Source of the DNA: an uncultured cyanobacterium
GTDB lineage: Bacteria > Cyanobacteriota > Cyanobacteriia > Cyanobacteriales > CAWCAG01
Reading direction: 5' to 3'
Assembly: GCA_963803805.1 (NCBI GenBank)
Contig: CAWDOD010000002.1
Location: 928,001-992,000 of the forward strand
Length of the DNA: 64,000 nt
Shown here: positions 34,806-45,021 of the stretch, piece after piece
Position numbering within the stretch: the first letter of the stretch is position 1
Layout of the letters: each line of letters starts with the position of its first letter
The notes under the pieces: model-generated
Told to the model about the DNA's origin: nothing
The model's database searches: none
What the model saw: only the letters and a program-made list of their open reading frames with translations
Program-made: the position numbers and the translations under genes

Positions 34806-35886
34806 TCAAGGCCGCATAATAATAGTTAAATCCTCTCCGAACATTGCCTCAAGTAAATCTTCAAGTTCTTCTGGAACAACTGGGGAAGCAGAAACAGGTC
34901 CTTGTAGGAAGTCTTTAATAGTAATCTTGCGATCGCGAAAATCTTGAACAAAATCACGAACTTCTTCAAGGATATCAATCTCCATTTGACCCTCTTCGAG
35001 GGTATTGCTAATTATATCTATACCCTCTCGCTTGGCGCTACGATAGGCTTTTACCATTTGACCTTCGGGAGTATTCTTAACTTGATTTAGTTCTGTTTTA
35101 AGCTGTTCAAGTTGTTCATTGAGTAACTCGATTTCTTTTTCTAACTGTATTTCTTGTCTTTCTTGTTCATTTTGAGCAGAAGCGCGAAAAGCTTGTTTGT
35201 TACTCTGACGTTCAATTTCTAATAACCTTGCATAATCACCATTTTTGTAGGCAAGATTAATTTCTTTCATTACCTCTGTATGATGATTTCTTGTTTCTTC
35301 ATCAGCAACTTTATCAGGATGAAATTTATCTGCTAACTTTAAGAAAAGCTTTCTCAAATCTTTAGAAGCGCGTCCTTTAACTTCTGCACCAGGTTCTTCA
35401 AAAAACTCCTTTTGTCCCCCAAAAAAGTTTCTAGGATTCTGAAGAATCAAAATTTTCTCCTTCTGGCTCAAAATCAAACCCATCCCCCCTTTCCTGTCCC
35501 TCTGATGGGTCAAGGCGGGAAGAAATTCGTCCTGTCAACTGAAGGGTTTTATATACTTCTTCAATCTGCTTTTTTGAGCGCTTACCAAAGCTACGTTTAG
35601 TTATAATCTCATCGAACAAATTGTGAATTTCTTCATCAAGTTTGAAAATTTGCTCATATAAAGAACTACTTTTCGACACCATTTCCATGGCAACTTCCCT
35701 TACTTGCCCAGTTAAGTTAGCCAATTCCGTTCTTCTACGCTTAACTTGGGTAAGAAGCTTTTTATGTTGTTGCTGAAGAAACTCTAGTCGTCCACTGAGG
35801 GATGCAAAGGAAAGTGTTGACTCATTAGCAGTGGGGGAAACCGTAGATGTAGTTTTGGAGGGGGCTTTTCTTTTCCTTCTGGCCAT
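34806..35886 (-). CDS. Coiled-coil J-domain (DnaJ-like) protein, split by a frameshift near 35430-35510
   Basis: LRKLFLKLADKFHPDK (HPD motif) in the downstream ORF. The upstream ORF supplies the N-terminus and overlaps in another frame. Confidence 0.7.
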
Positions 35887-35994
35887 GAATCAAAAAAAGA
35901 GGAAGAACATAAAATCCATTTCAGTTTACCGAACTTTGTGGATTTAACACCAGCTTAAGCCTGGGTAAGGGAAAGCATTAAAACCTTATTATGC

Positions 35995-36068
35995 AAAAGA
36001 AAAGGCTTCTGGGAGTCTGGCCGTGTTTCGACCCCAAAAGCCTTTTCTTTAATTTTTGCTCCTCACAC
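35995..36068 (-). ncRNA. yfr2: Yfr2-family small RNA (putative)
   Basis: Minus strand starts GTGTGAGGAG, followed by a long stem closing the 12-nt loop GAAACACGGCCA; -10-like TATAAG just upstream. Confidence 0.72.
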
Positions 36069-36182
36069 AATCATAACTTATACTTTTCTTGCCTATTTAT
36101 CTAGGGGAGTAGTGACACTTTTCAAACTGACACTCACCTCTAATTGATAGTTGATAATTACCTCTCCTTGTCTCCCCCTGTT

Positions 36183-37493
36183 TTAGTCTTTTCCTTTCCC
36201 TATCGGCAGTTCAATAATAAATTCCGTTCCTTGATTTAAGTGAGAAATACACTTAAGTTCGCCTTGATGTTTCTCTTTGATTATGTGGTAGCTGCAAGCA
36301 ATCGCCAAATACTTTTCTGTATCAATTTCTGGGGCAGCAAATAAGTTGTCAAAAAAATGATTTTGCTCTACTTCAGTTATCCCAAAAGCATTGTCGCGAA
36401 AGGAAATTTTCAGATAATTTTCAGAAGATACTTTTGTGTTAATAGTGATTTGAGGTTCTTTATTTTCTTTTCTTCTCCTTTGTTCATCTAACACATTTAC
36501 AGCATTAGTAAGGATGTTCATAAACACTTGATTAATTTCCCCTGGATAACATTCAATTAAAGACAAATCACCATATTCTTTAACTACTTTAATAATAGGT
36601 TCCCCGACTCTTGCTTTAAAACGATGCTGTAAAAGTGCCAAACAGCTATCAAGTCCTTCGTGAATATCTACTAATTTTAAATCTGCCCTATCAAAATTAG
36701 AAAAGTTACGCAAAGAATGAACTAATCTGTAGATCCTTTCTGCCCCTATATCCATTGAGGTAAGTAGTTGTAGCAAATCAGATTTGAGAAAATCTAGATC
36801 AATAGCCTCTATTTCTTGAGTGATCGCCGCAGTTTTTTCTGGCAATGCTTCTTGATACATAGTTAAAAGTTTTAGTAAACTTTGAGCATAACTACGAGCG
36901 TGGGATAAGTTACCGTAAATGAAGTTAATTGGGTTATTTATTTCATTAGCAATACTCACTACTAACTGCCCTAAACTAGACATTTTCTCACTTATAATCA
37001 AATGAGACTGGGCCTTTTGTAGTTGGCGTAAAGCTTGAGTTAATTGTTGTGATTTAGCTCTTTGCTGTGCTTCAGACTGTTGTAGTTGTTCTCGTAAGCG
37101 CAAGCTATTAATTTGGGTTTCCACCCTAGCTATAACTTCATCAATTTGAAAGGGTTTAGTTATATAATCTGCTGCACCAAGTTTAAACCCTTTAACTTTA
37201 TCAAAAACGTCGTTAAAAGCACTAATAAAAATAATGGGGATGTGGCGGGTTTGTTGATTTGCTTTGAGTTTTTCACAAACTTCATAACCATCCATTTGTG
37301 GCATATTTATGTCTAGCAAAATCAAATCTGGTGGTAGCACTTGGATAGACTTTAAGGCTAAAGAACCACTAATAGCACTGCGCACTTCATAATTGTGACT
37401 CTTCAACATCGCAGAAAGAAGGCGGAGATTATTGGGCATATCGTCAACGATGAGAAGGTTTCCTTTGAAACCTTCTACTCCATTGCTACTCAT
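36183..37493 (-). CDS. Receiver domain plus degenerate histidine-kinase domain protein
   Basis: Intact REC (IVDD, LLDINMP, TKPF). H-box reads SIANEINNP and the G boxes are eroded. Confidence 0.85.
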   Translation of the reverse strand: MSSNGVEGFKGNLLIVDDMPNNLRLLSAMLKSHNYEVRSAISGSLALKSIQVLPPDLILLDINMPQMDGYEVCEKLKANQQTRHIPIIFISAFNDVFDKVKGFKLGAADYITKPFQIDEVIARVETQINSLRLREQLQQSEAQQRAKSQQLTQALRQLQKAQSHLIISEKMSSLGQLVVSIANEINNPINFIYGNLSHARSYAQSLLKLLTMYQEALPEKTAAITQEIEAIDLDFLKSDLLQLLTSMDIGAERIYRLVHSLRNFSNFDRADLKLVDIHEGLDSCLALLQHRFKARVGEPIIKVVKEYGDLSLIECYPGEINQVFMNILTNAVNVLDEQRRRKENKEPQITINTKVSSENYLKISFRDNAFGITEVEQNHFFDNLFAAPEIDTEKYLAIACSYHIIKEKHQGELKCISHLNQGTEFIIELPIGKGKD

Positions 37494-37697
37494 GGGATAA
37501 TAGTGTAGTTGTTAGCAAGCTTATATAAATCAAGAATTACCTACCCAAAATTAACCGGCACTAGTTTAGGTAATGAGGAAATAGGGAACAAGAATATATA
37601 ACCCTAAAATTCCCTTATTTATGTAAGTCTTCAATGTTATTTAAGGGCATTGAGGTGAGAAACTGAATTTGAAGGGAACAAAGAGATAAAAAGAAAA

Positions 37698-38306
37698 ATG
37701 GTCAAAACTAAAGGTGTTAGCTATTTTGTAGCTGTCAGCGATCTTGCTAAGCCTGTTGCTGAACAGGAAGGGTTTTTAGTAGAGGTAGATAATCGTAGTG
37801 GAGATACAGAGAAAAATCGTGCTAAAGCCCTAGAAATTGTTAACCAGATGTGGGAAGAAGGGAACATAGAGTCCGATAAGTTCCCCGATGGTGTAACCAA
37901 AGAACATATTTTCTTTGTTCCTCCAGATAGCCCTCAACTACGTTCTCCCCAAGCTTTAAACGAAGAACCTGAACTTTTGCCCGTAGTTCAAGGAGCGCAA
38001 GAAATCCTGGAATTGACTAAACTTCAAGTAGAAGTTCAAGAAGCGGCAGAAGAAACTGCTCCCTATGCTCCCATTATTGAAGCAATTTTAGACCGAAGCC
38101 GCCCCCTGACTCCAGAGGAGAAGGATTTAGCGAAAGAAAAGAAATACGGCAAAGTAATTAATAGAATGGGTTTCGCCATCGCTAATCAAGAAGAGTACCA
38201 AGCAAATTGTACTGGTAACGGGCGCTTAATTCTCAATGCGATCGCTTGGCAGTTGAACAAAGAAGAGGAGGAGACTAACGAGCTAGGTGAGGGAGAGTCG
38301 GAGTGA
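37698..38306 (+). CDS. Hypothetical acidic protein
   Basis: 202-aa ORF with protein-like composition; no family recognised. Confidence 0.7.
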   Translation: MVKTKGVSYFVAVSDLAKPVAEQEGFLVEVDNRSGDTEKNRAKALEIVNQMWEEGNIESDKFPDGVTKEHIFFVPPDSPQLRSPQALNEEPELLPVVQGAQEILELTKLQVEVQEAAEETAPYAPIIEAILDRSRPLTPEEKDLAKEKKYGKVINRMGFAIANQEEYQANCTGNGRLILNAIAWQLNKEEEETNELGEGESE

Positions 38307-38334
38307 GGGGGAGAAGTAATAAGTGTCGAATATA

Positions 38335-39375
38335 CTATTGCCTATTCCTTATTCCCTTTAGTAACCGTTGATTATCTTGTTGAGATCGCACTGCTACCCG
38401 GAAATAGCTATTCCCTAATTCGGGAAAACTGAGACAGTCTCGGATTAATATTTGGTGATTTAGAAGTAGTTCTTTTTGTAGCCTGGTACTAGGTTGTTCT
38501 GTTTCTACTAGAAGGAAGTTAGCTGCCCCTAGAAGGGGAGTTAATCCTGAAATAGAGGCTATACCATGGAAAAGTTCGGATTTCGCCTCAGACAGCCATT
38601 TCCAAGTCTTTTGCTGAAACTCTTGATCTTCAAGTACAGCAACTCCTGCTGCGGCTGCTAGAATATTAACTGGCAAAGGATCACGCCAGCTTTGCCAACG
38701 CTTTAATCTTTCAGGATGGGCGATGGCATAACCGAGACGCAACCCAGGTAGACTGTAAAACTTAGTCAGCGATCGCAAAATTACTAAGTTAGGATATTCT
38801 TCAATCACTGACACCAAACTTTGCTGTTCTAAGGGAGGTAGAAAGTCCATAAAGGCTTCATCTACCACTACTAAGTCAAACTCTTCCAAACAGGGCAGAA
38901 TCTCTTCTGTGTGCCACAGCTTGCCCGTAGGATTGTGAGGATTATTTAAAATTAAGCCTCCTCTAACAGAAACTCTTTCTGCTTCCTCCAAAAAAGTTAG
39001 AGGACATCGACAAACCTTCCCTTCAAAAGTTGCCAATGCCCGCTCATAATCGCGAAAAGCAGGAGTAATTAGATGGGTAACAGCTTGCTGAGAAAGTTCC
39101 CAACAAGCCCAAGTTAATAATTCAGCAGAGCCATTTCCTGGCAAAATCCACTCAGGGGATAATTGATGGAATTGAGCTAAAGACGATCGCAGTTGAGAGT
39201 AATGAGGATCGGGATAATTGCTTAAAAAGCTTAAATTCTCATGAATCGCTGCGATCGCACTTTGGGGAGGTCCTAAAGGATTAATACTGGCAGAAAAGTC
39301 CAGGATCTGAGCAACCGAGCAACCCGCTAATTGGGCTGCCCAAGTCAAATTACCTCCGTGGACTGGTCTAGTCAA
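38335..39375 (-). CDS. cobD: Threonine-phosphate decarboxylase (cobalamin biosynthesis)
   Basis: HGGN, DFSASINPLG, NPHNPTG, VDEAFMDF and SLTKFYSLPGLRLGY motifs. Confidence 0.88.
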   Translation of the reverse strand: MTRPVHGGNLTWAAQLAGCSVAQILDFSASINPLGPPQSAIAAIHENLSFLSNYPDPHYSQLRSSLAQFHQLSPEWILPGNGSAELLTWACWELSQQAVTHLITPAFRDYERALATFEGKVCRCPLTFLEEAERVSVRGGLILNNPHNPTGKLWHTEEILPCLEEFDLVVVDEAFMDFLPPLEQQSLVSVIEEYPNLVILRSLTKFYSLPGLRLGYAIAHPERLKRWQSWRDPLPVNILAAAAGVAVLEDQEFQQKTWKWLSEAKSELFHGIASISGLTPLLGAANFLLVETEQPSTRLQKELLLNHQILIRDCLSFPELGNSYFRVAVRSQQDNQRLLKGIRNRQ

Positions 39376-39389
39376 GATTTCCGTTACAA

Positions 39390-39674
39390 CTATTTTTTTG
39401 AGGCTGCAACTTTTTCTTTGAACAACTTACCAGCAGAGAAAGCGGGAACTGTAGTTGCCGGAATTTCCATCTTATCGCCAGTTTTGGGGTTACGACCTTC
39501 ACGAGCTTTGCGATCGCGAGGTTCAAAGGAACCAAAGCCTACTAAGGTCACTTTATCATCGTTAGAAACTGCTTCCATGATGGTTTCTAATGCAGCAGTC
39601 AAAACTGCATCAGCTTGTTTTTTAGTAACGCTTGCTTTTTGAGCAACCTTATCTACTAAATCACCCTTATTCAT
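39390..39674 (-). CDS. hup: DNA-binding protein HU
   Basis: MNKGDLVD..GFGSFE..RKAREGRNPKTG. Confidence 0.97.
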   Translation of the reverse strand: MNKGDLVDKVAQKASVTKKQADAVLTAALETIMEAVSNDDKVTLVGFGSFEPRDRKAREGRNPKTGDKMEIPATTVPAFSAGKLFKEKVAASKK

Positions 39675-39961
39675 TAATAATCTCCTTATTTTGGGCTAAT
39701 TGTTGGCATTTTAAGCTAAATGTCCTTTTTGCGCTCTCAAACACATGAAATACGCCTATGAAACTAGAGATGTTGAGTATTTAGCGTTATAAGGCGCTGA
39801 AATACCTGTAGCCTGGAAGTTTCACTGCATTATTCTACGCTCTGCTTGCCTGATCTGGATAGCCAAAAGCTTTGAATTTATGTAGATTTAGCTTTTTCTT
39901 TGCAAAAATACACCTTTAGTAGCATTTTGAGTGGCACTAAATTAAAGTTTTTGTTACATCC

Positions 39962-40022
39962 GTAGGGGCGACCCGTCTCCCAAGTATTTTTGACAAACCG
40001 GAGTTTAAATTGGGTCGCCCTA
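39962..40022. repeat. GTAG-type REP-like inverted repeat
   Basis: GTAGGGGCGACCC...GGGTCGCCCTA downstream of pilQ. Confidence 0.6.
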
Positions 40023-40092
40023 TCCATCAGTTTAGTTTGGAGCAACGGCTACGTCCTACAGTTATCACCTTAGGCTAGCAACCGTTCACTGT

Positions 40093-42039
40093 TCACTGAG
40101 GAATATTGGGAAGAGCATTTTCCCCCTGCAATCTTTCCCGCACGTCACTATTGGGAATATAGCTATAGTTGAAGTCTCCATAGGGTTGAGAATCATCCAT
40201 AATGCGAGGTGTTACCAAAACAATCACCTCAGCCCTTTGATTAGCTCGGTTGGTACTTCTAAATAGGGAACCAATAATCGGTAAATCTCCTAAAATTGGT
40301 ACTTTACTTACTGTTGCCCTTTCCTGTTCTTGAATAATTCCAGTAAGTACCAAGGTTTGACCATCTCGCAAGCGCACCAACCCAGAAGAAAGAGAGCGTT
40401 CACTTAATAAAGCTATAGTATTACTGATACCAGCCGCTTGGATGTTTTGAGTATCTCCTATAGCCGTGATTTCCGGATTAACAGTAAAACTAACAAAACC
40501 GTTATCATCAATGCGGTCTACCTCAATACCTAAAATTAGTCCGGCTGGTTCTTTTTCTACGGTAATGGTGGTAGTAATAGCTCCCCCAGCAATAGTTTGC
40601 TCTGTTCGGATATTAGTAACTACTTCCTGAAAAAGCCTCACAGCCGCTTGCTGACCTTCTTGGACAATCAAAGTTGGATCTGTAATAATCTTGGCATTAT
40701 TACTAACTACAGCAGCCTGAAGCTGAGCTAAAAATCTTCTTCCCACATCAAATTGGCTCACTCCTGGTATAGTTGCTAGCCCTGTACCTATACCAGTAGT
40801 GGGAAGATTAGCGCTAGAGGGAGTGGTAGTATCAGAGCCACCTAAACTGAGGATACCCACACCAAATTGATTGATAAAAGATGTGTCATTAATACCAAAA
40901 GAGAAGCTAGTACCGAAAATATCATTACTAGTCAAATTGACATCAATCACCTTGACATTAATAGCCACTTGTCGCCGACGGGCATCTAATTGAACCAAAA
41001 AAGAAGTGGCAATTTCCACTTCATTAACAGGTCCGATGATGGTAATACTGTTCAAACGCGGGTCGGTTGCTATAGCTAGACCCCTAAGTAAAAATGTTGT
41101 TTCGCTACCCTCACCGACTTCTGCGGTTAATGTTCTCAACTCAGTAGGTAAATCCCTTCTACCTACAACTTCCTGAGTTTGGGGATTGACAATATCTTCT
41201 TGCAACTGGTCGAGAATTTGTACTGTTGCTCCTTGAGTTGCCAAGAAAGTTGCAGCATCTTCAGAATTAACTTGGTTAAGGCGGAAGGTGCGAGTAACAA
41301 TATTACGGGCGCTATCAGGTAAACTTCCTCCCACCAAAATAGTTTGATCATTACGAGAAGCTTTTAAACCAGAAAGCTGAAGAATATAGTTAAAAGTATC
41401 TTGTACTGACTCATTTTCTAAATCCAAAGAGACAGTCGGAGTAACACTTTCTTCTGCTTCTTCGGAGTAAACGAGGTTTAATCCTGCGGTACGAGCTAAA
41501 AGCGAAAGGACTTCCCTTACTGAGGCTTCCCTCAAGACTAAGCGAGGTATTCTTGCTCCTGTACCTAAATCAATGACACGAGGAACTGGAACAATCGTTG
41601 AAATACTAATGTCTCCTACTGGAGGAGCTACGGCTCTCGGTAAAAGAGGTGGTGCTGGGGCAACTGGTTGGATGGGGCCACTAGGGGAAGCTGGCTGTCC
41701 GTCGATGGTAATATCTGGATTAGGAACCAATACATCTGGAGTAGATTCAGGGAGGATTGGTATTGGTTGAGGTGGATTGGGGGTTTGAGCTACAGTATTT
41801 GTTTCTTCTGGAGAAATTTCTTCTACTGCAACTTCCTCATCAACTTCTTCCTCTTCTAAAGGTAATGCAGCTAAGTCCTCGTTTTCCTTTGCTGTTACAA
41901 TTTCTGTTGATAAAACTTTTTGTTCTTCTTGAGATTCTAGCTCCTTAATTTCGCTATCAACGGCTCTAGCTGGCTGTGCTGCCAGAAGTAACATAGCTAC
42001 TCCGGCTAAAATTTTGATGTTTGTTGGGTATGTTTTCAC
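40093..42039 (-). CDS. pilQ: Type IV pilus secretin
   Basis: LDARRRQVAINVKVID, RLRDGQTLVLTGII and KVPILGDLPIIGSLFR motifs; last gene of pilMNOQ. Confidence 0.92.
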   Translation of the reverse strand: MKTYPTNIKILAGVAMLLLAAQPARAVDSEIKELESQEEQKVLSTEIVTAKENEDLAALPLEEEEVDEEVAVEEISPEETNTVAQTPNPPQPIPILPESTPDVLVPNPDITIDGQPASPSGPIQPVAPAPPLLPRAVAPPVGDISISTIVPVPRVIDLGTGARIPRLVLREASVREVLSLLARTAGLNLVYSEEAEESVTPTVSLDLENESVQDTFNYILQLSGLKASRNDQTILVGGSLPDSARNIVTRTFRLNQVNSEDAATFLATQGATVQILDQLQEDIVNPQTQEVVGRRDLPTELRTLTAEVGEGSETTFLLRGLAIATDPRLNSITIIGPVNEVEIATSFLVQLDARRRQVAINVKVIDVNLTSNDIFGTSFSFGINDTSFINQFGVGILSLGGSDTTTPSSANLPTTGIGTGLATIPGVSQFDVGRRFLAQLQAAVVSNNAKIITDPTLIVQEGQQAAVRLFQEVVTNIRTEQTIAGGAITTTITVEKEPAGLILGIEVDRIDDNGFVSFTVNPEITAIGDTQNIQAAGISNTIALLSERSLSSGLVRLRDGQTLVLTGIIQEQERATVSKVPILGDLPIIGSLFRSTNRANQRAEVIVLVTPRIMDDSQPYGDFNYSYIPNSDVRERLQGENALPNIPQ

Positions 42040-42087
42040 GGGGATTCACTCCTCTACCTAAAAATAAGGGCATTAGAACAGGACTTT

Positions 42088-42867
42088 TTACTGTGCAGGT
42101 TGAGCTTGTTGAGCCTCTTGAGCTTGTTGTTGTTCTTGGGCTAATTTTTCTGCTTCTTCATCTGAGATGGGATAGAGCATATCGAGTCTAAAGGTAGTCC
42201 TTAGCTCATTTGTGTCTTGGGGAATAAGTTGCCCTTGTCTAAATTCAAAAGTTTCGTTCTCCTTTAACTCAGAGCGCAAATTATTAACTACTAAAACAGG
42301 TTGAAGTAGCTCAATGTTACGCATGATATTCTGAGTTTGTTGGAAAGTACCATCTAATTGCAATGTGACACTTTCCCGCTTCAGCTTACCATCTACTTCT
42401 GAACCTAAAGAGCCGTCATTAATAATATTATTATTGGCTTCACCAGCTTGCGCTTCTTGTTCTACAGGTTGATAACTAACTAACTGCCCCTGTCTAGAGG
42501 TAACAAAACGATTAATATCCAACAACAAGGTATCTAAGCTTTGTTGATCAGAAAACAAATTCCTGACAGCTACTTCCCTTTCTTGGGCTTCTGCTGCTTG
42601 GATTTCCAATTCAGCAATTCGTCTGTCTAATTCTTCTATATTTGCTAGTTGAGCTTTCTTTTCTTCTACTTCAGTGTTAGCGCTTTGATATTCTTCTATT
42701 TTCGGCTGCACTAATTTCAAGAACATATAAGCTGCTGCCGCCAGACCTAAAACGGCGATGATAATACCAATAACCGTAGGGGTTAAAGTTACTCCGAAGG
42801 CTTGGGGATATTGGGGTTCTTCGACCTCTTCTCCTTGACCAGGAACAAATTCTTCTGCAAATGCCAT
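42088..42867 (-). CDS. pilO: Type IV pilus assembly protein PilO
   Basis: TM and coiled coil; LDTLLLDIN and MRNIELLQP motifs; operon position. Confidence 0.85.
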   Translation of the reverse strand: MAFAEEFVPGQGEEVEEPQYPQAFGVTLTPTVIGIIIAVLGLAAAAYMFLKLVQPKIEEYQSANTEVEEKKAQLANIEELDRRIAELEIQAAEAQEREVAVRNLFSDQQSLDTLLLDINRFVTSRQGQLVSYQPVEQEAQAGEANNNIINDGSLGSEVDGKLKRESVTLQLDGTFQQTQNIMRNIELLQPVLVVNNLRSELKENETFEFRQGQLIPQDTNELRTTFRLDMLYPISDEEAEKLAQEQQQAQEAQQAQPAQ

Positions 42868-42875
42868 TACTCAAA

Positions 42876-43739
42876 TTACTCCTCAATTACTCCTTGTTCG
42901 ATCAGGGTTTCAATCCTAGAGGCTAACCCCACTGCACCTTTACGCTGCAATTCTCCTAATAGTTCTGTGGAAGGGACGTTATTGAGTTGAGTTTGAATAG
43001 TATAGGAGACAACTTCAGGTAATTCCACTGTTACTTGTTGTTGCTGATTTTGTCCTTGTTGGTCAAACTCCACACTCCCTGGATAGCTGATTAATTTAGC
43101 TTCCTTTAATAAGGTTTCTTCACGGTCAAAAAAGTTAGATTGCTGGAGAACTAAAAGGAAGTCATTAACTTCATTGAACGAACGAGCTATACCTGTAACA
43201 GTGAGTTGAATTTTAGGAACATTAGCTGCTGTATTGGCGGCTGGTTGTCCCTCAGCGGGTGGTTGTCCCTCAGCGGGTGGCGGGGTAGCCGCCGCCGCAG
43301 TTTGGGCTGCTGGGTCTACTTCTATAGGTGTTTGTTGAACTGTTAGAACTTGAACTCCTCCAGGAGCGCGATCGCTAATATCTTTGAAAATTGCTGACCA
43401 AGGTTTAATAAAGTTAAAAACGCTAGCTAGGGAATTCACCTCAGCATTAGATTCAGTGATTTCTTGATTTAGTTCACTAATTTGCTTTTCTTTTTGCCTT
43501 ACTACTACTAATTGTTGTTCAAGTTCCGCACTTTCTGCTCTGAGTTGACCTGTACGCCAATTAAGAAATAACCAACCTGCTCCTACTAAAGCTGGGAAAA
43601 GCAGCCCTACAGCTATTCCCGCATACATGGGTCGTCTATCTCCTACTGCTCTAGCTCTCCCTCCCGCCACAGGAGCCGCCATTTCTGAGCCAGTTAGTTC
43701 TGGTCTATCCTTAAGAAAATTAATATCTAAACTATACAT
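42876..43739 (-). CDS. pilN: Type IV pilus assembly protein PilN
   Basis: MYSLDINFLKDR start, TM, KPWSA and GIARSFNEVNDFLL motifs. Confidence 0.88.
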   Translation of the reverse strand: MYSLDINFLKDRPELTGSEMAAPVAGGRARAVGDRRPMYAGIAVGLLFPALVGAGWLFLNWRTGQLRAESAELEQQLVVVRQKEKQISELNQEITESNAEVNSLASVFNFIKPWSAIFKDISDRAPGGVQVLTVQQTPIEVDPAAQTAAAATPPPAEGQPPAEGQPAANTAANVPKIQLTVTGIARSFNEVNDFLLVLQQSNFFDREETLLKEAKLISYPGSVEFDQQGQNQQQQVTVELPEVVSYTIQTQLNNVPSTELLGELQRKGAVGLASRIETLIEQGVIEE

Positions 43740-43747
43740 AAGCTCTT

Positions 43748-44849
43748 TTACACCTCTCTTAATCCCAAGCCTAGGACAACTCCTAATCCTGGGCGTTGTA
43801 CCCCAGGAATATCCTCGTCTGCTTCTATGGCTAATTCTGCTAAGGGGTCAATTTGGGTGGTAGGTAAACTTAATTTTTGAGTAAAAAACTCGTCAAGTTG
43901 CCCAATCCCCCCTCCAGGCCCAGCAAGTAAAAGTTGAGCAACTTCAAGGTTATCACTAGAGTTTAAATAGAAATCTATGGAACGACGCAACTCATCGGTT
44001 AATTCTGTTAATACTCTTAACAAAGCGGCCATACCGGGGTTAATTCCTGTTGCCCCACTACGAATCCCTTCTACAGGAGTGTTAGGAATAGTCATATCTT
44101 GGAGCAGTTCAGTATTGCGCTGAATTGGTAAATTCATCGCTCGCGAAAGAGCGCTTTGCATTTGGTAAGTACCAATGGGGACAGTACGGGAGAATTGCGG
44201 CACACCATCGACAATAATGGCAATTTCTGTGCTATCAAATTCTATATCTACTAGTACTGCTGCTTCCCTTGGTCTCGAACTGGCGTAATTGTTCTCTTAT
44301 AGTTCTAATTAAAGAAAAGCTATTAATTTCGATAACATCTACCTTGAGGCCCGCTTGCTCAAAAGTATCCAAATACATATCCGTTACTTCTCTGCGGGTG
44401 GCAACTAATAGTACTTGTACTTTTTCAATACCATCTTCGTCGTCTATTAAACCTAGCTTTTGGTAGTCTATGTCTACTTCTTCGCGAGGATAGGGTAAAT
44501 ACAGAGCAGCTTCTTGGTTGAGAACCACATCTTCTAGTTCCGCATCGTCTAATTCGGCGGGAATTGGAATAATACGGATAATTGCTTCCCGCATTGGTAG
44601 AGCAGTAGCAACTTGAGTCACTTTGATTTTACTTTCTCTAAGGGCATCTTGAATTAATTCGGCTAAGGCTGGGGAATCAACAATTTGTCCCTCCTCAAAT
44701 ATACCTTCGGGGACTTCAACTGAAGAAAGACTAATTAACTTATACTTCTGTCCTTGCTTACGGACTTGAGCAATATTAATCCTTTCCGGCGCGATTTCAA
44801 TGCCGATCCCCTTTGCTTGTTTAGAGAAAAGACCTTTTAAACCAAACAT
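43748..44849 (-). CDS. pilM: Type IV pilus assembly protein PilM (extra base at about 44266-44268)
   Basis: GIEIAPERINI, LYLPYPREE, ELRRSIDFY and GLGLREV motifs. Removing one base restores ETKEAAVLVDIEFDSTEI. Confidence 0.9.
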
Positions 44850-45021
44850 AAGTTTTCGTTCCCTGGGGGAATTTTTTTAATTTAATATAGAGGATTAAGG
44901 CGGGAAGATAGCTAATTTCCCATCATGATGGTACTCAATCTAGCTTAGAATTAACCATCTTGGTCAGTTTCTTACCGAAATTCACTCTTGAGTTTGATCT
45001 CAAAACTCGATTTTATCTACC

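Noticed and set aside
43243-43280. 18-bp direct repeat in pilN
   Set aside because: Ordinary duplication in a Pro/Ala/Gln linker (PPAEGQ x2).
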